Of a DNA stretch of 64,000 nucleotides, positions 1 to 8,904 are shown piece by piece. How positions within the stretch are numbered: the stretch's first letter is position 1; each line of letters begins with the position of its first letter. The notes beneath the pieces were generated by a model. It ran no database searches and had not been told where the DNA came from. It saw only the letters and a program-made list of their open reading frames with translations. The DNA comes from Spirochaetia bacterium (GTDB lineage: Bacteria > Spirochaetota > Spirochaetia > SZUA-6 > Bin103), in assembly GCA_965203515.1 (NCBI GenBank), contig OZ241907.1, positions 2,848,001 through 2,912,000 of the forward strand, written 5' to 3'. Position numbers and translations under genes: made by a program.

Positions 1-412
1 CTACCCGCTGGACCAGAACCTGTACCAGACCGTGAAGGGGATGCAGGCGGCGCGCGGCATCGTGCGCGCCGGCGGCGCCATCGTGCTGGCGGCGGAGTGC
101 GCCGACGGGCTGCCCGGCCACGGCCGCTACGCGGAGCTGCTGGCCGAAGCCGGATCGCCGGACGCCGTGCTGGAGATGCTCCGGCGGCCCGGCTTCTCCG
201 CGCAGGATCAGTGGCAGGTGCAGATACAGGCGCAGATACAGCGCCACGCGGACGTCTACGTCTACAGCGACGGCCTCGGCGATGCGGAGATCCGCGCCGC
301 CCTGCTCACCCCGATCCGCGACATCGAAGCCACGTTGGAGGAGCTCCGACCCGAACGGCTGTGCGTCCTGCCCCAGGGCCCGCTCACCATCGCCTACCTG
401 AACCCGGCCTGA
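1..412 (+). CDS. larA: Nickel-dependent lactate racemase family protein, C-terminal part (5' truncated by window edge)
   Basis: YPLDQNLYQTVKG...AAECADG..GH and DQWQVQ...VLPQGP motifs typical of the LarA C-terminus. Confidence 0.85.
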   Translation, partial: YPLDQNLYQTVKGMQAARGIVRAGGAIVLAAECADGLPGHGRYAELLAEAGSPDAVLEMLRRPGFSAQDQWQVQIQAQIQRHADVYVYSDGLGDAEIRAALLTPIRDIEATLEELRPERLCVLPQGPLTIAYLNPA

Positions 413-444
413 CAGATTGGCTCAGGCTCTCCGACTCGGCAGCC

Positions 445-852
445 TTAGACGATGAAGTTGTAGACCGTCATCAGGATACCGAGTAACGCGAAGCCGCCGC
501 CGACCATCCACTGCATCCCGCTGAACCGCTTGTTCATGTCTACGAACCGTTCGTTCATGTCCTCGAACCGCCTGTTCACGTCATCGAATCGCTTGTTCAT
601 GTCCTCGAACCGCACGTCGACCGCGTTGAAGCGGGCCTCCATCAGCTCACGCTGCGCTTTGAGCTCGTGTTGCTGTACGACCAGCTGTTGCTCGATCCGC
701 TCGATGCGTTCCAGGGTCTGCGGCACGGCCAGGACGTTCGGCGCCACCTCCGCGAGCCAGCCGTACATCTGGCCCTTCACGTAGTCGCCGATCCGTCGCA
801 GATCGGCGTCGTCGAGCCCCATCCCCGCCTCACTCATCGTCGTCATCATCAT
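445..852 (-). CDS. Small coiled-coil protein with heptad repeats and C-terminal TM helix (DUF1640/Bdr-like)
   Basis: RFEDMNK/RFDDVNR/RFEDMNE/RFVDMNK heptads followed by hydrophobic WMVGGGFALLGILMTVYNFIV; true start may be the MSEAG Met. Confidence 0.7.
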   Translation of the reverse strand: MMMTTMSEAGMGLDDADLRRIGDYVKGQMYGWLAEVAPNVLAVPQTLERIERIEQQLVVQQHELKAQRELMEARFNAVDVRFEDMNKRFDDVNRRFEDMNERFVDMNKRFSGMQWMVGGGFALLGILMTVYNFIV

Positions 853-973
853 ACATCACGCAAGGAACAACGCGCACGCCGACCGCCGCGCTTCAATCCG
901 GCGTACACGTCAGCCTGACAAAGAGCCCGGCCCTTATATTCGTCTGCCGGCAGCGTGACGACGCTACTTCCTT

Positions 974-1095
974 CGGCGCCGGGGATGCTATCTTCGGCCG
1001 GCACGATGCCGGACACCCGGACCGTCTGCCGGCCGCCCTTGACATTCGCTCCTTGGCGTCTGCTACTGCCGCGTGATGCCTGACCGGGACGCCGC
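974..1095 (+). repeat. ~122-bp direct repeat copy A (promoter-like region plus first codons of GNAT gene)
   Basis: Aligns with 1727-1849 with only a few differences; contains CCGGCAcgaTGCCGG palindrome and TTGACA at 1039-1044. Confidence 0.95.
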
Positions 1096-1693
1096 CGCCG
1101 GCGCGTCGATCACCGACGGCATCGAGCCGCAGCACGTCGAGGACGCGCTGCGCATCGTCCACGAAGCGTTCGCTCGGAAGCTGCGCCACGGCTTCCGCGA
1201 CGCCGACGACCTGGTGCGTCTGTTCCACGACTCCGTGGAGCGGACCAACTGCCATTCCGCAGTCGTCGACGGCCGCTGCCTCGGACTGCTGACGTTCGCC
1301 GTGACGGGCCGCGAGTTCTACCGACTGCGCGCAGCCGCTCTGTTCAGCCGATTTTCTCCCTGGCGCGCGCTTCGCATGCTGTTCAACGGCTTGCTGCTGA
1401 TACACACGCCAGCGCCCGACGAGTATTACGTGGAGTCGATCTCGGTCGCGCCCGCGGCGCGCGGGTTGGGGCTGGGAGCGGCGCTGATGCGGCGGGCGGA
1501 GGAGCAGGCGGTCGCTATGGGCAAGCGCCGGATGTCGCTGAACGTGATCGGGGAGAATGAAGGGGCGATTCGGCTGTACGAGCGTCTGGGCTATCGGATC
1601 ACCCGGACGCAGCGGGGCTCTTTGGTTCGGCTCGCGACCGGTTCGGAGATCGTCCACCGGATGGAGAAGCCGCTGGCCTCTGACGGCGGCTAG
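1073..1693 (+). CDS. GNAT family N-acetyltransferase
   Basis: Motif A ISVAPAARGLGLGAALM and NEGAIRLYERLGY. Confidence 0.9.
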   Translation: MMPDRDAAAGASITDGIEPQHVEDALRIVHEAFARKLRHGFRDADDLVRLFHDSVERTNCHSAVVDGRCLGLLTFAVTGREFYRLRAAALFSRFSPWRALRMLFNGLLLIHTPAPDEYYVESISVAPAARGLGLGAALMRRAEEQAVAMGKRRMSLNVIGENEGAIRLYERLGYRITRTQRGSLVRLATGSEIVHRMEKPLASDGG

Positions 1694-1726
1694 AGATAGA
1701 CGGCGGCTAGGGTCTGTCTACACTAC

Positions 1727-1849
1727 CGGCGCCGGGGATGCTATCTTCGTCCGGCACGATGCCGGACACCCGGACCGTCCGCCGGCCGCCCTTGACATTC
1801 GCATCCTTGACGCCTGCTACTGCCGCGTGATGTCCGACCGGGACGCCGC
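1727..1849 (+). repeat. ~122-bp direct repeat copy B (promoter-like region plus first codons of helicase gene)
   Basis: Aligns with 974-1095; GTCCGGCAcgaTGCCGGAC palindrome; TTGACA at 1792-1797. Confidence 0.95.
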
Positions 1850-4800
1850 TCCCGCCGCCGCCGGCGCCATCGTGGACAACGTGCGCCGCCGGGTGGGGGA
1901 CGTGCTGCGCGAGCACGTCGACGCCGGCGCGCGGCTGTCGATCGTGTCCGCCTACTTCACCATCTACGCCTTTGCGGAGCTGCGCGACGCGCTGCGGCAG
2001 GCGGCCCATACCCGCTTCCTCTACGGCGAGCCGCGCGGCGTGGGCCGGATCGACCCGTCCGCCGAGGAAGCCAAGGCGTTCCGCCTGACCGAGGACGGCG
2101 GCATCGATCTGCAGCGCGCGCTGGCGCAGAAGCCGCTCGCCCGAGCCTGCGCCGAGTGGATCGAGCGGAGCGTCGATATCCGCACCGTCACTCAGGCCAA
2201 CTTCCTGCACGGCAAGCTCTACCACGTAGCGGGTGGCGGCGGCGACGGCGCCGACGCGGCCCTGATCGGCAGCTCCAACTTCACGCGGCGCGGCCTGGGC
2301 TACGGCGCGGCGCCCAACCTGGAACTCAATCTCGAGGTCACCCCCGCCGCCGACCGCGCCGCCCTGCTGGCCTGGTTCGACGAGCTGTGGCGGGACGAGT
2401 CCCGCACCGCGGACGCCAAGCAGCAGGTGCTGGCGGCGCTGGAACGGATCGGCCGCCCCTACGCGCCGCGCTTCGTCTACTACAAGACCCTGTTCCACGT
2501 GTTCGAGGAGTGGCTGGCCGAACGCGGCGCGCGCGCCGGCCTGCTGCACGACGTCCATCTCTACGACACGGCGGTCTGGAACCGCCTCTACCAGTTCCAG
2601 CGGGACGGCGCGACCAGCGCCATCAACCGCCTGCTGCGGCACAACGGCTGCATCGTCGCCGACAGCGTCGGCCTCGGAAAGACCTGGACCGCGCTGGCCG
2701 TGATCAAGTTCTTCGAGCTGCGCAACGAACGGGTGCTGGTGCTGTGCCCGAACCGGCTGCAGGACAACTGGCTGCGCTACGCCGCCTGGGCCGGCCGGGC
2801 CAACAACCCGTTCGCGCCGGATCGCTTCAACTACACCGTGCTCGCGCACACCGACCTGAGCCGCCAATCCGGCCGCGCCGGGCAGATCGACCTGGCCAAC
2901 TTCAACTGGGGGGCGTTCGATCTGGTCGTGATCGACGAGTCGCACAACTTCCGCAACGAGGGGCGCGACCGCACCGACGAGGCGGGTAATGTCGTGCGCC
3001 GCAGCCGCTATAACCGACTGCTGGAGGAGGTGCTGAAGGACCGCGTGCGCAGCAAGGTCCTGATGCTGTCGGCCACGCCGGTCAACACCTCCCTGCGCGA
3101 CCTGCGCAATCAGATCTATCTGATGACCGAACGGCGGCAGGATGCGTTTCGGGAAGCGCTCGGCATCGACGATCTGCAGAGTCTGTTCGGGGTGGCGCAG
3201 CGCGAGTTCCAGCAGTGGGAGCAGCAACGCCGCGGCGCCACGGGCGACAAGGGAGGAGCGGCGGACAAGAACGCCCTCATCGCCCGCCTGGGCGCCGACT
3301 TCCTGGCGCTGCTCGATGCGGTCACCATCGCCCGCTCCCGCACCCACGTGCGCCGCTTCTACCCGCAGGTGCACGCCGCCATCGGCGGGTTCCCGCGGCG
3401 CGCCAAGCCGGAGAACCTGCATCCGCCGAGCGACCGCGCCGGCGAACTCTCCTACGACGACCTGCACCGCCGCATCGGCGCCTTCCGGCTGGCGGTCTAC
3501 AACCCGTCGCGCTACCTCAAGGACACCTCGGCCCTGGACCGTGAGAAGCAGCGGTACCGCTTCGATCAGCGCGACCGCGAGCGGTGGCTGATCGGCATGC
3601 TGCGGGTGAATCTGTTGAAGCGGCTGGAGAGCTCCGTGCACGCCTTCACGCTCTCCATGGGACGCATCATCGAGAAGATGGAGGACCTCGACCGGCGCCT
3701 CGCCGCCTGGCTGCAGGCCCCGCACCGTGCGCCGGAAACGCGCGACGACCGCCTCGAGGCGATCGAGGCGCTGCCCGACGAGGATGAGGAAGACGACGAG
3801 TTCGCGGTCGGCAGCGCGCGCCGCTATCGCCTGGCGGAACTGGACGCCGCGCGCTGGCGGCGCGACCTGCAGGAGGACTACCGGACCTTCGCGAGCCTGC
3901 ACCGCATGGCGCAGCGGGTCACGGTGGAACGCGACGCCAAGCTGGCCGAGCTGCGGCGGGTCCTGACCCGCAAGGTCACCCATCCCACCACCGACAAGGA
4001 CGGCCGGCGCAACCGCAAGGCGCTGGTCTTCACCTCCTTCGCGGACACCGCGCGCTATCTGTACGACCAGCTCGACGGCGCCATCGCCGGCGCGCGCCTG
4101 GCGCTGGTCACCGGCGGCGACGGCAACCGCCTCGGCGCGGCGCCGGCGCGGTTCGACGACATCCTGGAGCGCTTCGCGCCGCGGGCGCAGCAGCGCCGGA
4201 GCGACGGCGATGAGCGGTCGACGCCGGAGATCGACCTGCTGATCGCGACCGACTGCCTGTCGGAGGGGCAGAACCTGCAGGACTGCGACCTGGTGGTGAA
4301 CTACGACATCCACTGGAACCCGGTGCGGCTCATGCAGCGGTTCGGACGCATCGACCGGCTGGGCAGCCGCAACGAGCAGGTGGCGATGATCAACTTCTGG
4401 CCGACGCGCGATCTCGACCGCTACCTCGACCTCAGGAACCGCGTCGAGGCGCGCATGGCGCTGGCCGACGCCGCGGCCACCGGCCTGGACGATCCGCTGG
4501 CCGAGCCGCTGGCCGACGAGCCGGAGCGCGCCGCCCCGGCCGTGCAGGGGGAGCTGGCGTTCCGCGACGAGCAGCTCCTGCGCCTGCGCGAGGAGATTCT
4601 CGATCTGGAGCAGGCCGGCGACGGCGTGGCGCTGAGCGACCTGACGCTCGACGACTTCATCGCCGACCTGCTGCACTACGTGCAGCAGAACCGCGCCGCC
4701 CTCGAAGCCGCGCCGGCCGGCATCCATGCCGTGGTCGCGGCCGTCGCGGCCCGGCCCGCCGGCGAAGCCCGGCCGCCCGGCCCGCCGGCGCGGCCGGGGG

Positions 4801-5252
4801 CGATCTTCTGCCTCAAGCAGCGCGCCGACCCGCCCCACCGGACGCCGAACCTGCTGCAGCCCTACTACCTGGTCCACGTGCGCGGCGACGGGACCGTGCG
4901 CCATTCGTTCCGGCAGGCCCGGCAGTGCCTGACCCTGTTTCGGGAGCTCGCCGCCGGGCGCCCGCATCCCGCCGCGGCGCTGGAGGCCGCCTTCGACCGC
5001 GAGACCGCGCAGGGGCAGCGCATGGACCGGTACGAACGCCTGCTCGCCGCCGCCCTGGACGACATCGCCGCCACCTTCGGCAGCGCGGAGCGGCGCGCCC
5101 TCACCCGGCACCGCGGTGCCCGGCTCACCCGCCGCTCGGAGCGCCCGCGCGCGGCGCGTGACTTCGAGCTGATCACCTGGCTGGTGATCGCCGACCCGGC
5201 ACCGGAAGCGGCGGCGCCGGAAGCTGAAGCCGCGGCGGACGCCGATGGCTGA
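1830..5252 (+). CDS. SNF2-like SF2 helicase with N-terminal PLD-family nuclease domain
   Basis: HGKLY...IGSSNFT...NLELN PLD-like motif; ADSVGLGKT, DESH, SATP, SEGQNLQD, QRFGRIDR helicase motifs; start placed at ATG 1830 by analogy to repeat copy A. Confidence 0.9.
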   Translation: MSDRDAAPAAAGAIVDNVRRRVGDVLREHVDAGARLSIVSAYFTIYAFAELRDALRQAAHTRFLYGEPRGVGRIDPSAEEAKAFRLTEDGGIDLQRALAQKPLARACAEWIERSVDIRTVTQANFLHGKLYHVAGGGGDGADAALIGSSNFTRRGLGYGAAPNLELNLEVTPAADRAALLAWFDELWRDESRTADAKQQVLAALERIGRPYAPRFVYYKTLFHVFEEWLAERGARAGLLHDVHLYDTAVWNRLYQFQRDGATSAINRLLRHNGCIVADSVGLGKTWTALAVIKFFELRNERVLVLCPNRLQDNWLRYAAWAGRANNPFAPDRFNYTVLAHTDLSRQSGRAGQIDLANFNWGAFDLVVIDESHNFRNEGRDRTDEAGNVVRRSRYNRLLEEVLKDRVRSKVLMLSATPVNTSLRDLRNQIYLMTERRQDAFREALGIDDLQSLFGVAQREFQQWEQQRRGATGDKGGAADKNALIARLGADFLALLDAVTIARSRTHVRRFYPQVHAAIGGFPRRAKPENLHPPSDRAGELSYDDLHRRIGAFRLAVYNPSRYLKDTSALDREKQRYRFDQRDRERWLIGMLRVNLLKRLESSVHAFTLSMGRIIEKMEDLDRRLAAWLQAPHRAPETRDDRLEAIEALPDEDEEDDEFAVGSARRYRLAELDAARWRRDLQEDYRTFASLHRMAQRVTVERDAKLAELRRVLTRKVTHPTTDKDGRRNRKALVFTSFADTARYLYDQLDGAIAGARLALVTGGDGNRLGAAPARFDDILERFAPRAQQRRSDGDERSTPEIDLLIATDCLSEGQNLQDCDLVVNYDIHWNPVRLMQRFGRIDRLGSRNEQVAMINFWPTRDLDRYLDLRNRVEARMALADAAATGLDDPLAEPLADEPERAAPAVQGELAFRDEQLLRLREEILDLEQAGDGVALSDLTLDDFIADLLHYVQQNRAALEAAPAGIHAVVAAVAARPAGEARPPGPPARPGAIFCLKQRADPPHRTPNLLQPYYLVHVRGDGTVRHSFRQARQCLTLFRELAAGRPHPAAALEAAFDRETAQGQRMDRYERLLAAALDDIAATFGSAERRALTRHRGARLTRRSERPRAARDFELITWLVIADPAPEAAAPEAEAAADADG

Positions 5253-8200
5253 GCTGCGCGCGGCGGTGCGCGCTGCGCTCGCCGGCTTTGCCGACGCCGG
5301 CCGTCCGCTGCACCAAGCCGCCGGCGCTCTGCTCGGGGCGCTCGGCTATGACAGCGAGCGGACCGTGGAGGGTGACGGGGACGACGTCGCCGGGTTCGTC
5401 GCCGAGTTGGCGGCAGCGCGGGAGCTGTCCGACCGGGAGCGCGCGCTGCTGGCCGATTGGCGGGCCGCGCGGATCGTGTTCCAGCTCACCGATGAAGAGA
5501 TCGCCGGCCAGACCGGGCCGTTCGACCGGTTCGATAGGGAGCGCATCGAGTCGTTTCTGTTCATCGCGGTCGAGCTGGCGCCGCCGGAGGCCGACCGGCG
5601 CTACCCCCGCGCGCGGCTGGCCGACATGACGCGCGCCGTCAACCGGCGCTACCCGATGCCGGCCATCCTCCTGTTCCGGCACGGCGCGACCGTCACCCTG
5701 GCGGCGGTCGGTCGCCGCGCCCACCGGCGCGACGCCGAGCGGGACGTGCTGCAGCAGGTGACGCTGATCAAGGACATCCGCGTCTCTCATCCGCACCGCG
5801 CGCACCTCGACCTGCTGGCCGAGCTCGCCCTGCCGGGGCTGCGCGCGCGCCGGGGCGTACGGAGCTTCGAGCAGTTGCATCGGGAATGGGAGCGGGTGCT
5901 CGACGCCGAGGCGTTGAACCGGCGCTTCTACCGCGAGCTGTTCGCGTGGTTCGAGCAGGCGGTCGCCGCCTGCCGCTTCCCGGACGACGGCGCCGGTCCC
6001 GGCAATGCCGAGCGCCACGTGATCCGGCTGATCACCCGGCTGCTGTTCATCTGGTTCCTGAAGGAGAAGGGGCTGGTCCCGGAGGCGCTGTTCACCGAGC
6101 AGTTCGCCGCCGCCGCGCTCCGCAACCACGCGCCCGAACGCACCGACTACTACCGCGCGGTGCTGCAGAACCTGTTCTTCGCCACCCTCAACACCGAGCT
6201 CGGCAAGCGCTCGTTCAGCGCCCGCGACCGCGACAGCCACCGCGACTTCAGCAAGTACCGCTACCGCGCTCTGCTGCGCGACCCGGACGCCTTCCTGCGC
6301 CTGCTCCGACAGGTCCCGTTCGTCAACGGCGGGCTGTTCGACTGCCTGGATGACTACGAGGCGCGCGGCGCCGGCGGCCGGCGCGTCGACGCCTTCACCG
6401 ACAACATCGCCGACCAGGGCCGCGATCTGGCGGTGCCGGCGCGGCTGTTCTTCGCCGCCGAAGCGGGGCTGTTTCCGCTGTTCGGGCGCTACAAGTTCAC
6501 GGTCGAGGAGAACACGCCGCTCGATCAGGAGGTGGCGCTCGACCCGGAGTTGCTGGGGCGGGTGTTCGAGCATCTGCTGGCCGCCTACAACCCGGAGACG
6601 CGCGACACCGCCCGCAAGGTGACCGGCTCCTACTACACGCCGCGCCGCGTCGTCGACTACATGGTCGACGAGTCGCTGGCGGCGGCGCTGGCCGCGCGCG
6701 CCGAGCCGGCCGACCGGGACGCGGACTTCTGGCGCGAGCGGCTGCGCTATCTGCTCGACTACGCGGACGCCGCCGCCGATGCCGGCGAGTTGTTCGAGTC
6801 GGGCGAGCAGCGCGCGATCGTGCGCGCGATAGCCGGACTGCGGGTGTTGGACCCTGCGGTCGGTTCCGGCGCCTTCCCGATGGGGGTGCTGCACAAGCTG
6901 ACGCTGGCGCTGCGGCGGCTCGATCCCGACAATCGGCACTGGGAGGAGTACCAGCGGGAGCGCGCCAAGGACCGGGCGGGAGCGGCGTTCGACGACGTGG
7001 ACGACGAGCAGGCGCGCCGCCGGGAGCTGGCGGAGATCAGCCGCACGTTCGAGACCTACCGCCGGTCGGACTTCGGGCGCAAGCTCTATCTGATCCAGAA
7101 CGGCATCTTCGGCGTCGACGTGCAGCCGGTGGCGTGCCAGATCGCCAAGCTGCGCTTCTTCATCTCGCTGGTGGTCGAGCAGCGGACCACCGACGACCCG
7201 CGTGACAACTACGGCATCCGCCCGCTGCCCAACCTGGAGAGCCGCTTCGTGGCCGCCGACACGCTGCTCGGTCTGGAGGCCGGCGACGGCAGCGACAACC
7301 TGCTCATGGGGCAGGAGGTGATCCGCCCGATCGAAGCCCATCTGCGCCGGGTGCGGGAAGGGTACTTCAACGCGCGGACGCGGCAGGAGAAGCTCAGCTT
7401 GCGCGCCAAGGACGACGAGTTGCGCGGCGCGCTGGCGCGCGAGCTCGAGGACCTGGGCTATCCGCACGAGGCGGCGGCGGCGGTCGCCCGCTGGGACCCG
7501 TACCACCAGAACGCGAGCGCCGCCTGGTTCGATCCGGAGTGGATGTTCGGCATCGCCGACGGGTTCGACGTGGTGATCGGCAATCCGCCCTACGTGCGGG
7601 GCGAGAAGATTCCGGCCAAGGCGCGCCTGCGCGCGGCCTACGGCGGCTTCTACCGGGGGACGGCCGACCTGTATACCTACTTCTTCCGCAGGGGCATCGA
7701 CCTGCTGCGGCCCGGCGGCCTGCTCTGCTTCATCACCTCCAACAAGTTCATGCGCGCCGACTACGGGCGGCCGCTGCGCCAGTTCCTGACGGAGAAGGCC
7801 GCGCCGCGCCTGCTGCTCGACCTGGGCCGCACCGGCACCTTCGACGCCACCGTGCGCCCGTGCGTGCTGCTGGCCGGCGCTGCGGCGGCCGACCGCGGGG
7901 CGGTGCGCGCGGCCACCGTGCGCGGGCCGGCGGGCGCACCGGACCCGGCGGCGTTCATCGAGCGGCACGGCTTCGACATGGCGGTAGCGGACTTGGCGGA
8001 CGCCGGCTGGTCCCTGGCGCCGCCGGCATGGCAGCGCCTGCGCGCCAGGATCGAGGCCGCCGGCCGGCCGCTCGGCGAATACGTGAAGGCGAACGGCGGC
8101 GGCATCTACTACGGCATCAAGACCGGCCTGAACGACGCCTTCGTCATCGACGCGGAGACCCGCGCCCGCTTGATCGCCGACGATCCGAACAGCGCCGAGC

Positions 8201-8904
8201 TGATCCGCCCATGGTTGCGCGGCAAGGACGTGCGCCGCTGGCGCGCGGACTGGGCGGACCGGTATGCCATCGCCATCGCCAGCAGCGCCAATATCGAATG
8301 GCCGTGGTCCGCGGCGCAGCGCGAAGCCGACGCCCTCGCCATCTTCAAGCGGAGGTACCGCGCCGTGCACGATCACTTGGCGCCGTTTGCCACCCGACTC
8401 CGACGCCGGCAGGACAAAGGCACGTTCTTCTGGGAACTACGCTCGTGCGTCTACTACCGCGCCTTCGACCAGCCCAAGATCGTCTACCCTGTGATTGGAC
8501 GGGAACTGAGGGCGCTTATCGACCGGGAAGGTCGTCTGGCGAACGACAAGTGCTTCCTGATTCCCGGCGGCGACTGCTACCTGCTGGCGTTGCTGAACTC
8601 GAAGCTGCTGGACTTCTACTTTCGCCTTGCCATGCCCTGCCTGGACGATCCATTCAGCGGCGGCGACATGGAGTTCCGTGCCGTCTTCATGGAGCACACC
8701 CCCATCGCGCCCGCCGCCGAGCCGACCAGGCAAACGCTCGCCGCCCTCGCCGAGCAGATCCAAACCGCCAAGCAGGCCGACCCCGCCGCCGACGCCACCG
8801 CCCTCCAACAGCGCCTCGACCGGACCGTCTACGACCTCTACGGCCTCACCGCACCGGACATCGCCATCCTCGAAGCCGCCCTGCCCGGAGCGCCCTCCGT
8901 TTGA
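5245..8904 (+). CDS. Type IIG / Eco57I-like restriction-modification protein (N6-adenine MTase with TaqI-C-like TRD)
   Basis: GSYYTP, VLDPAVGSGAF, GFDVVIGNPPY, DLYTYF motifs; C-terminal GIKTGLNDAF...PKIVY TRD; overlaps helicase stop by 8 bp. Confidence 0.9.
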   Translation: MAELRAAVRAALAGFADAGRPLHQAAGALLGALGYDSERTVEGDGDDVAGFVAELAAARELSDRERALLADWRAARIVFQLTDEEIAGQTGPFDRFDRERIESFLFIAVELAPPEADRRYPRARLADMTRAVNRRYPMPAILLFRHGATVTLAAVGRRAHRRDAERDVLQQVTLIKDIRVSHPHRAHLDLLAELALPGLRARRGVRSFEQLHREWERVLDAEALNRRFYRELFAWFEQAVAACRFPDDGAGPGNAERHVIRLITRLLFIWFLKEKGLVPEALFTEQFAAAALRNHAPERTDYYRAVLQNLFFATLNTELGKRSFSARDRDSHRDFSKYRYRALLRDPDAFLRLLRQVPFVNGGLFDCLDDYEARGAGGRRVDAFTDNIADQGRDLAVPARLFFAAEAGLFPLFGRYKFTVEENTPLDQEVALDPELLGRVFEHLLAAYNPETRDTARKVTGSYYTPRRVVDYMVDESLAAALAARAEPADRDADFWRERLRYLLDYADAAADAGELFESGEQRAIVRAIAGLRVLDPAVGSGAFPMGVLHKLTLALRRLDPDNRHWEEYQRERAKDRAGAAFDDVDDEQARRRELAEISRTFETYRRSDFGRKLYLIQNGIFGVDVQPVACQIAKLRFFISLVVEQRTTDDPRDNYGIRPLPNLESRFVAADTLLGLEAGDGSDNLLMGQEVIRPIEAHLRRVREGYFNARTRQEKLSLRAKDDELRGALARELEDLGYPHEAAAAVARWDPYHQNASAAWFDPEWMFGIADGFDVVIGNPPYVRGEKIPAKARLRAAYGGFYRGTADLYTYFFRRGIDLLRPGGLLCFITSNKFMRADYGRPLRQFLTEKAAPRLLLDLGRTGTFDATVRPCVLLAGAAAADRGAVRAATVRGPAGAPDPAAFIERHGFDMAVADLADAGWSLAPPAWQRLRARIEAAGRPLGEYVKANGGGIYYGIKTGLNDAFVIDAETRARLIADDPNSAELIRPWLRGKDVRRWRADWADRYAIAIASSANIEWPWSAAQREADALAIFKRRYRAVHDHLAPFATRLRRRQDKGTFFWELRSCVYYRAFDQPKIVYPVIGRELRALIDREGRLANDKCFLIPGGDCYLLALLNSKLLDFYFRLAMPCLDDPFSGGDMEFRAVFMEHTPIAPAAEPTRQTLAALAEQIQTAKQADPAADATALQQRLDRTVYDLYGLTAPDIAILEAALPGAPSV

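Noticed and set aside
1707..8376. Very long antisense ORFs (1134 aa, 1067 aa) and similar ones at 59518-62604, 44918-46963 and 18002-19837
   Set aside because: Shadow ORFs expected from high-GC codon bias opposite well-supported genes; no motifs
1830..8904. Calling the locus DISARM or BREX
   Set aside because: Core genes (drmA/drmB, pglZ/brxC) are not present in the window
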